DNA of 64,000 nt, from assembly GCA_044432745.1 (NCBI GenBank), contig JAWXUH010000003.1, positions 27,283-91,282 of the forward strand. The letters run 5' to 3'. A program made the translations under genes and the position numbers. Positions 49,113 through 60,255 of the stretch are shown piece by piece. Under the pieces are notes generated by a model. The model was not told the DNA's origin. It searched no databases and worked only from the letters and a program-made list of their open reading frames with translations. Each line of letters starts with the position of its first letter. The first letter of the stretch is position 1. Origin of the DNA: a bacterium (lineage in GTDB: Bacteria > Bacillota_I > Bacilli_A > RF39 > UBA660).

Positions 49113-49550
49113 TTATCTTTTGTTTAAATTACTTATTTTATGATTTTCAATTGTTTCATCTATTTTTTTTATGTCATCTTCACTAAATATACCTGGAACA
49201 AACTTATTAATATTCTTAGCTCTTATAGTTAAATCTCTATAAACTATAAATTCTGTACTTTCTATATTCTCTGCTATTTGACTAACAGTTAAATTTTCCT
49301 CAATATATAAAGAAATTACTCTCAACACTCTATTTTGAACAGTTTCTTTCTTCAAAGAATCTGGCAATCTTTCTTCCATAGCATTACGAACTTCGTTATA
49401 AAGTTTAGGATTATAATCAGATAAACGATTTACTAAATCATTTCTTATTGTAATATGAGATTTGTCATAACAACCTGCTATCTCCCTTAAACTAGAACCA
49501 GACAAATACATATTTGCTATTTCAACCAAATACCCAGAATCATCACGCAT
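49113..49550 (-). CDS. SpoIIID-like HTH regulator with two tandem HTH units
   Basis: SLREIAGCYDKSHITIRNDLVNRLSDYNPKLYNEVRNAM parallels SpoIIID VIAKEFGVSKSTVHKDLTERLPEINPDLANEVKEIL (from memory). A second unit is LTVSQIAENIESTEFIVYRDL. Confidence 0.55.
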   Translation of the reverse strand: MRDDSGYLVEIANMYLSGSSLREIAGCYDKSHITIRNDLVNRLSDYNPKLYNEVRNAMEERLPDSLKKETVQNRVLRVISLYIEENLTVSQIAENIESTEFIVYRDLTIRAKNINKFVPGIFSEDDIKKIDETIENHKISNLNKR

Positions 49551-49624
49551 TATAAAAATTCCTCCTCATTTAAGATAAATTTTAACATACATATATCTAT
49601 ATAACAAGGAAAATACAGAATTTT

Positions 49625-49894
49625 TCACACATCTTTACTATTTTTTAGTAATAATTCAATTTCACGAATTCCTGCTACACTCACTGAAGCATATAAACAC
49701 ATTATTAAAGAAGTAAAAAAATCATCAAACAAACCATAATAATAACACACTACAGAACTAATAAAACCTATCAAAATATTTTGAAATGGAATATATTTAC
49801 TAGGAATTTTATCAAAAAACAAGTCATTTATAGCAGCCATAATGTAAGTAATGATAGATATTATAACTATATACGTTATATGCATATAAAACAC
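49625..49894 (-). CDS. Small membrane protein
   Basis: 89 aa with 2-3 TM helices. Confidence 0.4.
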   Translation of the reverse strand: MFYMHITYIVIISIITYIMAAINDLFFDKIPSKYIPFQNILIGFISSVVCYYYGLFDDFFTSLIMCLYASVSVAGIREIELLLKNSKDV

Positions 49895-49975
49895 CCCTAA
49901 CTTAAATTATTCAAAAACTAAATATATTAACATAACAATTACCTAAATAAGCATAATAATTAATAGGAGATCTAA

Positions 49976-50473
49976 ATGAAAAAATATTTATTATTAACAC
50001 CATTTCTAATGTTTGTATCTGCTTTTCTATTACACTTTATATATGACATCTTTAATCAAAATATTTTAATAGGATTCATATCACCTATTAACGAAAGTAT
50101 ATTTGAACATACTAAATTAATTCTTACTCCGCTTACTATATGTTATGGTTATTATTATATTAAAAATAAAAATTATATAAATTCTGAGAAATATATGTTT
50201 GTAAGTTTAATATCTATATTACTAGGAATAATATCAGTTCCTATGTATTATTATACTTATACACAGGCTCTTGGAATCAATGTAATGATTATAGATATTA
50301 TAATTACATACTTATCTTTAATAACTGCTAATATCTTCTTTTTAAACTATTATAACAATTACGAATTTAAAATAAAAAAAAATATTACTATAATTATATA
50401 TATAGTAATATTCATCTTTTATATTTATGCAAGTTTATATCAAATAAACTTACCAATTTTTATACCTAATTAA
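49976..50473 (+). CDS. Polytopic membrane protein (DUF6512-like)
   Basis: 165 aa. The INESIFEHTKL motif resembles that family as recalled. Confidence 0.4.
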   Translation: MKKYLLLTPFLMFVSAFLLHFIYDIFNQNILIGFISPINESIFEHTKLILTPLTICYGYYYIKNKNYINSEKYMFVSLISILLGIISVPMYYYTYTQALGINVMIIDIIITYLSLITANIFFLNYYNNYEFKIKKNITIIIYIVIFIFYIYASLYQINLPIFIPN

Positions 50474-50957
50474 AGTTATTATAAAAGACCTTTGAAGAAT
50501 CAAAATAATCATTTGATTCTTTTTCTTTGTCAGTATACCCTAAAGATATAACAGATAATACTCTTTTATCTTCTGGAATACTCAAAACTTTTCTAACTTC
50601 ATTCTCGTATTCTTCTATTGGAGCTATTCCCATCCAACATGTACTAATATTTAAAGAAGTAGCCTCTAATAGTATGTTTTGAGTTGTTGCTGACATATCC
50701 TGTTGCCAGTATTCAGTTTTTTCATTACCAAAAACTACAATAGCCTTATCACATTTATTAAGCATAAACATATGTGGTGTTATATTTGATAAAGATTTAA
50801 GTACTTCTTTATTATCAATTATTATAAATTCACTAGGTCTACTATTCTTTGCACTTGGTGCATTCATACCTGCTTTAACTAATTTTAAAATATCAGCATT
50901 ATCTATAACACTTTCGTTATAACTTCTAATACTTCTTCTTTTGTATATTTCGTTCAT
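50466..50957 (-). CDS. Nitroreductase family protein
   Basis: IYKRRSIRSY start motif and an NAPSAKNSRP FMN-binding region. Confidence 0.8.
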   Translation of the reverse strand: MNEIYKRRSIRSYNESVIDNADILKLVKAGMNAPSAKNSRPSEFIIIDNKEVLKSLSNITPHMFMLNKCDKAIVVFGNEKTEYWQQDMSATTQNILLEATSLNISTCWMGIAPIEEYENEVRKVLSIPEDKRVLSVISLGYTDKEKESNDYFDSSKVFYNNFN

Positions 50958-51622
50958 TACTCATCACCTCTAGTAGCCATTATTAAACGTAAAATATTAA
51001 GAGCACTTGCAAGCACACCAGCAACGTATGTCATTGCTGCTGCATCAAGCATTTTCTTAACTCCAAGTTCATCAGATTTAGAAACTTGATATATACTATC
51101 TAATTCTTTTTTAGCTCTAGTACTAGCGTCGAATTCAACTGGTAATGTAACTACTTGAAAAACAAGTCCAAGAGCAGTTAATGCTATACCTAAATTTACG
51201 AAATCCATACTTCCAAGCAACATACCAATAAGTAAGATTATATAAGAAAATTGTGTACCAAAATTTACAACTGGATAAATTGCAGAACGTATTCTCATAA
51301 AAGTATAACCATCTTTATCTTGAATAGCATGACCAACTTCATGAGCAGCTACTGCCATTGAAGCAATTGAAGTACCATTATAAATATCCTTAGAAAGTCT
51401 TACAACTTTTCTTGAAGAATCATAATGATCTGATAAGTTTCCTTCTGTTTCAACAACATAAACTTTTTCAAGTCCATTTTTTTTTAAAATTTCTGCTGCA
51501 ACTTCTTGACCAGTTAAACCTTTTTCATTTTCTATATTTTTATATTTTGAATAACTTGTAGTAACTTGTAATTGAGCAATAGCTGGTATAGATAAGATTG
51601 CTAATATTAATATTAAATCCAT
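50957..51622 (-). CDS. Zinc metallopeptidase (Zn_peptidase_2 / YpfJ-unrelated membrane HExxH family)
   Basis: HEVGHAIQD zincin motif, an N-terminal TM and C-terminal TMs. Confidence 0.75.
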   Translation of the reverse strand: MDLILILAILSIPAIAQLQVTTSYSKYKNIENEKGLTGQEVAAEILKKNGLEKVYVVETEGNLSDHYDSSRKVVRLSKDIYNGTSIASMAVAAHEVGHAIQDKDGYTFMRIRSAIYPVVNFGTQFSYIILLIGMLLGSMDFVNLGIALTALGLVFQVVTLPVEFDASTRAKKELDSIYQVSKSDELGVKKMLDAAAMTYVAGVLASALNILRLIMATRGDE

Positions 51623-53007
51623 TAAACAACCACCTCATATATTGTTCCTTCTCTTGTATCTTTTAAAACAATATTAATTAAAAGTAATTCATCTCTAATT
51701 TGATCGCATAATGCATAATCTTTGTTTGCTTTTGCTACATTTCTTTTTTCTATCATTTGATTTATATATTCCTCATCTACTACTATATCTTTTTTAGTTA
51801 AATCTAGTGATAAAACAGTATCCCAAGATTTTATAAGTTCAAACTTAGTTTTATTATTAATATCACTTTTTAATACATCATAAATTAATGTTATAGCACT
51901 TGCAGTGTTTAAATTATCACTTATAAATTCTTTAAATTTATCATCATAAAGTTTAAACTCATCTTCCATTACATTTCCGTCTAAATCAAGATTAATTATT
52001 TTATTTTTTAATTTTTTATAACTATTAACACTTCCATCTAAAGAATCAAAAGAAAAAGTTAATTGATTTCTATAATGACTCATTAAACATAAAAATCTAT
52101 ATGAAAGAGGATCATATCCTTTATCAATTAAAGTATTAACTGTTAAAGTTTCTCCCTTACTTTTACTCATTTTACCAGTATCATCGTTTAAATGTTCACC
52201 ATGAACCCAGTAGTTACACCATTTTTGGCCAGTATAAGATTCACTTTGAGCTATTTCATTTGTATGATGAGGGAATATATTATCAACTCCGCCACAGTGA
52301 ATATCTAATTGATCACCCAAAAATTTAAGAGCTATTCCAGTACATTCTATATGCCAACCTGGATAACCTAAACCAAACGGACTTTCCCATTTTAATTCTT
52401 GATCATCAAATTTTGATTTTGTAAACCATAAAACAAAGTCTGCTTTGTTCTTTTTATTTTCATCTAATTCTACAGAATCTCTAACTCCAGACATTATGTC
52501 CTCTTCTGTATGATTAGTAAGTGCATAATAATCTTCTAAAGTAGAAGTATCAAAATAAATATTACCTCCACATTCGTAAGCAATATTATTATCAAGTAGT
52601 TTTGAAATTATTTTTATATACTCACCTATATTTTCTGTAGCTGGAGAAATAATATCTGGTTTTCTAATATTTAATTTATCACAATCTTCAAAAAATTTAT
52701 CAGTATAAAAAGCAGCTATATCTAAAACAGTTTTCTTTTCTTTTTTAGCACTGTCTACCATTTTATCACTACCAGTATCACAATCACTTGATAAGTGACC
52801 AACATCAGTAATATTCATTGCTCTTTTTACATCGTATCCTACATATTTTAAAGATTTTTCTAATATATCTTCCATAATATATGTACGAAGATTCCCTATA
52901 TGTGCAAAATGATATACTGTAGGACCACAAGTATACATAGTAACATAATCTTTATTCCAAGGAATAAACTCTTCTACACATTTAGTTTTTGTATTATATA
53001 ATTTCAT
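51622..53007 (-). CDS. cysS: Cysteine--tRNA ligase
   Basis: HIGH motif HFAHIGNLRT, KMSKSKG and a Zn-binding Cys in CGPTVY. Confidence 0.93.
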   Translation of the reverse strand: MKLYNTKTKCVEEFIPWNKDYVTMYTCGPTVYHFAHIGNLRTYIMEDILEKSLKYVGYDVKRAMNITDVGHLSSDCDTGSDKMVDSAKKEKKTVLDIAAFYTDKFFEDCDKLNIRKPDIISPATENIGEYIKIISKLLDNNIAYECGGNIYFDTSTLEDYYALTNHTEEDIMSGVRDSVELDENKKNKADFVLWFTKSKFDDQELKWESPFGLGYPGWHIECTGIALKFLGDQLDIHCGGVDNIFPHHTNEIAQSESYTGQKWCNYWVHGEHLNDDTGKMSKSKGETLTVNTLIDKGYDPLSYRFLCLMSHYRNQLTFSFDSLDGSVNSYKKLKNKIINLDLDGNVMEDEFKLYDDKFKEFISDNLNTASAITLIYDVLKSDINNKTKFELIKSWDTVLSLDLTKKDIVVDEEYINQMIEKRNVAKANKDYALCDQIRDELLLINIVLKDTREGTIYEVVV

Positions 53008-53016
53008 TAAACCCTC

Positions 53017-53898
53017 CTATCTAGGTAATTTACCAATAACTCTTGCTCCATCTGCTGCAGCATTCATCAATTGATAAATGTCTTTTTTAGTTACATCTCC
53101 TATAGCAAATATACCTTTAACCTTAGTTTCAAGATTATCATCTACTTCTATATAACCATTTAAATTTGTAATATCTAAATCTTTTGCAAATGTTACATCT
53201 GGAGAATAACCAGCATAAACAAATAATCCAGATACTTCTAATATATTATCATTATTTAGTGTTAAATTAGTGAAAACACCATCTTCTTGATTTATAGATT
53301 TAATACTAGTTTCAAGCACTACTTCTATTGATGGATGATTCTTAACCTTATCAACAAGTTCTGGACTACCAGCAAATATACTTCTTCTCATAAGTATATA
53401 TACCTTGTTAACAACATTAGCTAAATAAAGAGCCTCTTGAAGTGCGCTATTTCCTGCACCTACTACAGCAACGTCTTTTCCTTTATATAAGTTACCATCG
53501 CATATAGCACAAGTAGATACACCTCTACCAAGAAGTTCCTTCTCATTTTCTAAACCTAAAAGTTTTGGTCTACGACCAGTTGCTATTATAACACTTTTTG
53601 ACAAATATTCACCGTTTTTAGTAATAACTTTCTTACCTTCTTCAGTTACCTCAATATTTATAACTTCTTCAAGTTTAAATTCAATATCATTACTTACAAC
53701 TTGATTATATAAATTGAACGCAAAATCTGGACCTTTAATATCTGTAAATCCTGCAAAATTTTTTACAGAATCGATATTATTAAGAAGTCCACCTGGAGCA
53801 GATCCTTCAAGTAATAATACGTTTTTATTAGCTTGTTTTGCATATATACCAGCACTTATACCGGCAATACCCATTCCAACAATAATTGTATCATACAT
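53017..53898 (-). CDS. trxB: Thioredoxin-disulfide reductase
   Basis: FAD motif GMGIAGISAG, redox CAICDG and NADPH motif VVGAGNSA. Confidence 0.9.
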   Translation of the reverse strand: MYDTIIVGMGIAGISAGIYAKQANKNVLLLEGSAPGGLLNNIDSVKNFAGFTDIKGPDFAFNLYNQVVSNDIEFKLEEVINIEVTEEGKKVITKNGEYLSKSVIIATGRRPKLLGLENEKELLGRGVSTCAICDGNLYKGKDVAVVGAGNSALQEALYLANVVNKVYILMRRSIFAGSPELVDKVKNHPSIEVVLETSIKSINQEDGVFTNLTLNNDNILEVSGLFVYAGYSPDVTFAKDLDITNLNGYIEVDDNLETKVKGIFAIGDVTKKDIYQLMNAAADGARVIGKLPR

Positions 53899-54716
53899 TA
53901 AAACATCACCACGTCTTCATTAGCATTGTAAAGACCATCAAATTTACTCTTTCTTAAAGTTAAAATTAATAGTATTAATCCAGCAATAAACATTACACCA
54001 GAAGCAATTTGTGCAGTTTTAAATGCACCTACCATTAAAGAATCGGTTCTAAGTGATTCTATAGTAAATCTTCCAATAGAATACCATATTAAATAAAATG
54101 CTGTTAATTGAGTAGTCTTAATATACTTAAGTCTTCTAACAATAAATAAAATAGCAAAACCAATCAAACACCATAAAAATTCGTAGTAAAACGTAGGATG
54201 GTGATAATTACCATTAATAAGCATACCATCTATAACGTAAGTTGGTATATTATAACCTTCTAATACTGATTTTTCTACTACTGAACCATATGCTTCACTA
54301 TTGAAAAAATTTCCCCATCTACCTATTGCTTGAGCAATTATTAATGATGGAACAGCCATATCTACTACTTTTAAAATGTTAGCATTATATTTTTTACAAT
54401 ATAGTATTACAGTAAGTAAACCAAATAGTATACCTCCATGAATAGCAAGTCCTCCATTCCAAATTTGAAGAATAGAAAATAAATTGTCTTCATACATATG
54501 AAAATTAAACGCTACATAGTAAAGTCTAGCTCCGATAAATCCAAAAATAATTGCCCAAAAAGCCATATTAAATATAAAATCTGAATTATATTTAAATCTT
54601 TTTGCCTCCCTTGAAAATAAAAACAAACCAACTATAGCAGCTAATAAAATAAAAATTGAATACCATCTGATATCAAACCCATTTATGTTCATAAAAATAG
54701 GATCCATATTATTCAC
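53898..54716 (-). CDS. lgt: Prolipoprotein diacylglyceryl transferase
   Basis: GGLAIHGG and GRWGNFFNSEAYG signatures in a polytopic protein. Confidence 0.9.
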   Translation of the reverse strand: MNNMDPIFMNINGFDIRWYSIFILLAAIVGLFLFSREAKRFKYNSDFIFNMAFWAIIFGFIGARLYYVAFNFHMYEDNLFSILQIWNGGLAIHGGILFGLLTVILYCKKYNANILKVVDMAVPSLIIAQAIGRWGNFFNSEAYGSVVEKSVLEGYNIPTYVIDGMLINGNYHHPTFYYEFLWCLIGFAILFIVRRLKYIKTTQLTAFYLIWYSIGRFTIESLRTDSLMVGAFKTAQIASGVMFIAGLILLILTLRKSKFDGLYNANEDVVMF

Positions 54717-54801
54717 AACCTTTCAAATTAATTATATTATTTTTTTATAAAAAAAGCAATTTTAAAATATAAAATAAATATAATTAGACAGGAGATAATT
54801 T

Positions 54802-55443
54802 ATGTATATAGCAATAACACTTAGATATGAAGAAATGGATAAAAGAAAATTGTTTATAATCAATAAAAAATTCAAAGAAATATTTGATAAATACAATGTA
54901 ACATTAATACCTATATTTCAAGAAATAAATCTAGAAAAGATAGTAGATATGTGTCAAGGATTAATATTAACAGGAAGCCCTATTCATATAAATCCTGGAT
55001 TGTATAATGAACAAGATAATAAATTCTATGATAAAGATTATATAGGAGAAGACTCACTAGATTATAAATTAATTAATCTTTTTTATAGTAAAAATAAGCC
55101 TATTTTAGGAATATGTAGAGGATTACAAATACTAAACGTATATTTTGGAGGAACTCTTAATCAATGTATAGCAAATCATGAAGGAAAAATGCATAAAATT
55201 AAAATTAATAATGAATCTTTTATTAAGAAAATATATGGTAAAAATGAAATAATAGTAAATTCTACTCATACTCAATCTATAAATAAATTAGCTAAAAATT
55301 TCAAAATTTCTGCATCAACTCATGATAATGTAATAGAAGCAATAGAAAATAATAATATATTTGCAGTACAGTGGCATCCTGAAAATATGGATGATTACTC
55401 TTTTTTTGAATATTTCATAAAAAAAATAGTTTTAAATATTTAA
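54802..55443 (+). CDS. Class I glutamine amidotransferase, peptidase C26 (gamma-glutamyl hydrolase-like)
   Basis: Nucleophile elbow GICRGLQ and VQWHPE. Confidence 0.8.
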   Translation: MYIAITLRYEEMDKRKLFIINKKFKEIFDKYNVTLIPIFQEINLEKIVDMCQGLILTGSPIHINPGLYNEQDNKFYDKDYIGEDSLDYKLINLFYSKNKPILGICRGLQILNVYFGGTLNQCIANHEGKMHKIKINNESFIKKIYGKNEIIVNSTHTQSINKLAKNFKISASTHDNVIEAIENNNIFAVQWHPENMDDYSFFEYFIKKIVLNI

Positions 55444-55445
55444 AA

Positions 55446-55919
55446 CTATTTTTTACAAATAAAATTTTCACTTAATAAATCTTTACGAAAATCTACTAAA
55501 GAATCATCAGAAAAATAATAACTATAATCATCTTCTTCAACAGCTTTTTTATTTCCTGCAATATTTATAGTAACAGTAGAACCTTTTACTTTAAATGAAA
55601 CGTCAAAACCTTTTTCTTTTAAATCTTCAACGTATTCATCGTAATATTCAATATATGAATCGATATCCTCATCTTCAAATACACTAATCATTGTCATATC
55701 AAATTTAGACATACCATCTTCATTAAACTTAGCTTTAATTGAATAAAATTCTTCATCTTCTTGAATAGAACAATCTAAATCATATCCAAATACCGAATTG
55801 TACATAACAAAAATCATAAGTACAATAACTAATAAAACTATTAAAATAATTCCTAAAACTTTTTTATCTGTTTTAGCTTTTTCAATTATTTCGTTTACTT
55901 TAACCTTAATATCTTCCAT
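55446..55919 (-). CDS. Membrane-anchored hypothetical protein
   Basis: ATG at 55919 preceded by GAGGAGAAGGTG. One TM plus an acidic ectodomain. Confidence 0.5.
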   Translation of the reverse strand: MEDIKVKVNEIIEKAKTDKKVLGIILIVLLVIVLMIFVMYNSVFGYDLDCSIQEDEEFYSIKAKFNEDGMSKFDMTMISVFEDEDIDSYIEYYDEYVEDLKEKGFDVSFKVKGSTVTINIAGNKKAVEEDDYSYYFSDDSLVDFRKDLLSENFICKK

Positions 55920-56000
55920 AACACACCTTCTCCTCATTAGGAAGATAATACCACAAAAAGACTTTACAGTCAATTTTGTCAACTTTTACAATATCAACAA

Positions 56001-57341
56001 TTATTTTATAGCGTTTACTATTTCTATGAATTTCATACCCTGTGAAGCTTTTACAAATATAATATCTTCTGATTTTTTAATAGAATTAATGTAATCACTT
56101 GCTTCTTTATTAGTATTAAAATGAACAACATTAAGACCGTTTGATTTAGCAGATTCATAAGTATATTTTATGTTTTCACCTACTAAAATTAATATATCTA
56201 CCTCTTCACTAGAAATTTGTGTACCTAATTTTTTATGAATGTCATTAGAAAAATCTCCTAGTTCTAGCATGTCACCTAAACAAGCTATTTTGCGACCATA
56301 GAAATTATTTAAAATTTTAATACCATATAAAACAGCATCATAATTTGAATTATAAGTATCATTGATAATAGTAATTTCTTCTGATTCTGTAATATCCATT
56401 CTATTTTCAGTAGGAATTAAATTTTTCATACCTTGCGAAATAGAATCAATAGTTTGATCAAAATATGATCCTATTAAAATTGCAGGAAGCGAATTTGAAA
56501 CATACTGAATCCCTGGAATAGGAACTGTAAAAGACACATCATTATACATATAAGTAGAACAAGTAAAATCAAGTTTAATATCTTCTATACTAATATCACT
56601 TTCATTGTGTATAGCGTATGTACAAATATTATAATTAGAACTATTATCACTAGCCCACTTATTAAGTAAATCATCATCATTATTGACTATTACTAGCCCA
56701 TTACTACTTAAACCCTCAAGTATTTCTAATTTAGCTTTACAAATATTTTCTCTACTACCAAGATTTCCAATATGGCAAGTTCCAATATTGTTTATAACTG
56801 CTATATCTGGTTGTGCTATTTTAGTTAAATAACTTATTTCATTAAAATGATTCATACCCATTTCTAAAACGGCTATATCTTCATCTTTTATACTAAGTAA
56901 ACTCATAGGTAAACCAATATGGTTATTTTTATTACCTGGAGTTTTAAAAACTTTAAACTTATCACTAAGAGCGCTATGTATTAAATCTTTAGTACCAGTT
57001 TTTCCAGCTGAACCTGTAATAGCTATTATTTTAGTATTAAGAATACTTCTTTTATATATAGCTAGTTGTTCTAAAGCTAGTGAAGAATCTTCAACTAATA
57101 TAACAAATTTACCATCATAATTAGTAGATGGATCTATATCTTGAACTATGCAGCATACTGCACCATTGTTAAATGCATCTGTATAGAAGTGTCCGCCATT
57201 AAACTTATCACCTACTATACCTATATATAAAGAATTGTTAGCTTTAATTCTTGAATCAATGATAAAAGAATCAATAAAACAATCTATTTTATTAAAAATT
57301 TCTTTATATTCTATATTTAAAAGTATATCACTTATTTTCAT
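56001..57341 (-). CDS. murF: UDP-N-acetylmuramoyl-tripeptide--D-alanyl-D-alanine ligase
   Basis: Mur ligase P-loop ITGSAGKTGTKD. ATG at 57341 lies 8 nt after AGGAG; the ORF is open from 57380. Confidence 0.85.
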   Translation of the reverse strand: MKISDILLNIEYKEIFNKIDCFIDSFIIDSRIKANNSLYIGIVGDKFNGGHFYTDAFNNGAVCCIVQDIDPSTNYDGKFVILVEDSSLALEQLAIYKRSILNTKIIAITGSAGKTGTKDLIHSALSDKFKVFKTPGNKNNHIGLPMSLLSIKDEDIAVLEMGMNHFNEISYLTKIAQPDIAVINNIGTCHIGNLGSRENICKAKLEILEGLSSNGLVIVNNDDDLLNKWASDNSSNYNICTYAIHNESDISIEDIKLDFTCSTYMYNDVSFTVPIPGIQYVSNSLPAILIGSYFDQTIDSISQGMKNLIPTENRMDITESEEITIINDTYNSNYDAVLYGIKILNNFYGRKIACLGDMLELGDFSNDIHKKLGTQISSEEVDILILVGENIKYTYESAKSNGLNVVHFNTNKEASDYINSIKKSEDIIFVKASQGMKFIEIVNAIK

Positions 57342-57453
57342 ATTTATTTCTCCTAATAACATATACAATATTTTATTCACAACAAAAAAAAAATTATATA
57401 CATTACAAATCTTTTTATAAATTTAATATATCACTTTTATTTAAAATTTGCAA

Positions 57454-60255
57454 TTATAACATTTTTTTCAAAAATTCACCAGTAAAACTTTCTGGGAATT
57501 CTGCTACTTTTTCTGGAGTACCTGTTACTAAAATAGTACCACCATTAGTACCTCCACCGGGACCTAAGTCTATAATATGATCTGCTACTTTGACAACATC
57601 TAGATTATGCTCTATAACAAGAACGGTATCACCATTATCAACTATTCTATTTAAAATAATCAAAAGTTTACGAACATCCTCAAAGTGTAAACCAGTTGTT
57701 GGTTCATCTAATATAAATATAGATTTACCTGTCGGTTTCTTTTGAAGTTCTTTTGCAAGTTTCACCCTACCGGCTTCTCCTCCTGATAAAGTTGGAGCAC
57801 TTTGACCAAGTTTTAAATAAGATAAACCTACATCGTCAAGTACTTTAAGTTTATTATAAACTTTAGGTACGTTTTCAAAAAATCTTAAAGCTTCACTAAC
57901 TCTCATATCTAATACATCGTGAATATTTTTACCTTTATATTTAACTTCGAGTGTTTCTTTATTATAACGTTTTCCACCACATACATCACATGCTACGTAT
58001 ACATCTGGTAAAAAATGCATTTCTATTTTCTTAACACCATCACCTTGGCAAGCTTCACATCTTCCACCTTTAACATTGAAAGAAAATTTACCAGGACCGT
58101 ACCCTTTAAGTTTTGCTTCCTTCATACTAGCAAAAAGATTTCTTATTTCATCAAATACACCTGTATAAGTAGCTGGATTACTTCTAGGAGTTCTACCTAT
58201 AGCTTCTTGAGAAATTACTACTACTTTGTCTATTAAGTCTATGTTTTTAATTTCCTTAACACGTCCAGGAAGCTCTTTATTTGAAAATAATTTATTACGT
58301 AAATACTTAACAAGTATTTCATTAACTAAAGTACTTTTACCACTTCCACTAACACCCGTTACACATACAAATTTACCAAGTGGTATGTCAACATTTACCT
58401 TTTTCAAATTATTTTCTTCTGCTTTTACTATCTTAAGAGCAGTTCCATTACCTTTACGTCTTTTACTTGGGATTTCAATTTTGCATTTACCACTTAAATA
58501 TTTACCTGTCAATGAATTTTCATTGTTCAGTACTTCCTCTGGAGTACCAAAAGCAATAATTTCTCCACCAAATTCTCCTGCTCCAGGACCTATGTCAACC
58601 AAGTAATCAGCTGCAAGCATAGTATCTTCATCATGTTCAACTACTACAAGGGTATTTCCCAAATCTCTCATTTCTTTAAGAGAGTTTATTAATTTTTCAT
58701 TATCTTTTTGATGAAGACCAATACTTGGTTCATCTAAAACATATAATACACCTGTTAATCTACTACCTATTTGTGTAGCAAGCCTAATTCTTTGTGCTTC
58801 CCCACCTGATAAAGTAGCAGCATTTCTGTGAAGTGTTAAATAAGACAATCCTACATTATTAAGAAAAGATAATCTAGATTTTATTTCTTTTAAAACTAAA
58901 TTACATATATCAAGTTCAGTTTTTGTTAATTTTAATTTATCAAAAAATATACACAACTCATCAATTGGCATTGAGCATAAATCATAAATATTTTTTTCAT
59001 GGATATATATTGATAAAATACTATCATTTAATCTTTTACCACCACATACAGAACAAGTAGATTCAACCATAAAACCTTCAATCCAATCTCTAATCCAACC
59101 ACTAGCTGTTTCTATATATCTTCTTTCTAAATGGTTAACAACACCTTCATAGTTTGAAAAAGTTTTTCTCTCTCCTCCATTTTTAGATTTATAATTTACT
59201 TCTATAACATCTGCAAAACCATACAAAATTATATCTAAATCAACTTTTTTCATATCTTTTACAGGTATATCTAAATTTATATTTTTAAATTTAGCTGCCG
59301 TTCTAAGTAAAGTAAAGAATGTATTATTTTCTTCTGCGTTTTGAGTAACAATTGCTCCTTGATTAATACTTAAATCTTTATTTGGAATAATTAAATCTAC
59401 GTTAATTTTTTGTTTAGAACCAATACCTTTACACTCTGGACAAGCTCCATAAGGAGAATTAAATGAAAACATACGAGGTTCTAACTCTCCGATAGAATAA
59501 TCACATAAAGGACAAGCATAGCTTTCACTCATTAAATATTCATTATTATCATGAAGAACTAAGATTTTACCACCAGATAAAGAACATGCCATTTCTATAG
59601 CTTCAAATACTCTTGATCTTTCCTCATCTGATATAGAAATTTTATCAACCACTAAATCTATATCTTCTTTTTTATTTTTTTCAAACTTTATCTCATCTGA
59701 TAATTTTAATATTTCATTATTAAAACGTATTTTAGTAAAACCTTTTTCTCTCATTTTATCCAGTTGATCTTTGTGAGTTCCTTTTTGTGATCTTATGATA
59801 GGAGATAAAATAGTAACTACCCCCTCATAACTCATAATTTTATTTGTCATTTCTTCAATAGATTGTGAAAAAATTGGTTCATGATGGTTTACACAATATG
59901 GTACACCTATTCTTGCATATAAAAGTCTTAAATAATCATAAATTTCTGTTATTGTTCCAACAGTAGATCTAGGATTTTTATTAGTAGTTTTTTGATCTAT
60001 TGAAATACTTGGAGATAACCCCTCTATAGAATCAATTTCTGGTTTATTAGCAACACCTACAAACTGTCTTGCGTAAGCAGATAAACTCTCTACGTATCTT
60101 CTTTGACCTTCAGCGTATATAGTGTCAAAAGCTAAACTACTTTTTCCGCTTCCACTTACTCCTGTCATTACTATAAATTTATTTTTAGGTAAATTTATAG
60201 ATATATTTTTTAAGTTATTTTCTCTTGCACCTTTTATTACAATTTCATTTTTCAT
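57454..60255 (-). CDS. uvrA: Excinuclease ABC subunit A
   Basis: Two ABC modules (GVSGSGKSS and GVSGSGKST), Zn-finger Cys clusters and LSGGEAQR / LSGGEAGR signatures. ATG at 60255 follows GGTGAG. Confidence 0.95.
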   Translation of the reverse strand: MKNEIVIKGARENNLKNISINLPKNKFIVMTGVSGSGKSSLAFDTIYAEGQRRYVESLSAYARQFVGVANKPEIDSIEGLSPSISIDQKTTNKNPRSTVGTITEIYDYLRLLYARIGVPYCVNHHEPIFSQSIEEMTNKIMSYEGVVTILSPIIRSQKGTHKDQLDKMREKGFTKIRFNNEILKLSDEIKFEKNKKEDIDLVVDKISISDEERSRVFEAIEMACSLSGGKILVLHDNNEYLMSESYACPLCDYSIGELEPRMFSFNSPYGACPECKGIGSKQKINVDLIIPNKDLSINQGAIVTQNAEENNTFFTLLRTAAKFKNINLDIPVKDMKKVDLDIILYGFADVIEVNYKSKNGGERKTFSNYEGVVNHLERRYIETASGWIRDWIEGFMVESTCSVCGGKRLNDSILSIYIHEKNIYDLCSMPIDELCIFFDKLKLTKTELDICNLVLKEIKSRLSFLNNVGLSYLTLHRNAATLSGGEAQRIRLATQIGSRLTGVLYVLDEPSIGLHQKDNEKLINSLKEMRDLGNTLVVVEHDEDTMLAADYLVDIGPGAGEFGGEIIAFGTPEEVLNNENSLTGKYLSGKCKIEIPSKRRKGNGTALKIVKAEENNLKKVNVDIPLGKFVCVTGVSGSGKSTLVNEILVKYLRNKLFSNKELPGRVKEIKNIDLIDKVVVISQEAIGRTPRSNPATYTGVFDEIRNLFASMKEAKLKGYGPGKFSFNVKGGRCEACQGDGVKKIEMHFLPDVYVACDVCGGKRYNKETLEVKYKGKNIHDVLDMRVSEALRFFENVPKVYNKLKVLDDVGLSYLKLGQSAPTLSGGEAGRVKLAKELQKKPTGKSIFILDEPTTGLHFEDVRKLLIILNRIVDNGDTVLVIEHNLDVVKVADHIIDLGPGGGTNGGTILVTGTPEKVAEFPESFTGEFLKKML

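Noticed and set aside
58015-58606. 73- and 126-aa plus-strand ORFs inside uvrA. The same reasoning applies to 60122-60310, 57235-57420, 53714-53923, 55798-56094, 60708-60899 and 62751-63017.
   Set aside because: All are antisense to strongly supported genes, with no SD and low-complexity translations.
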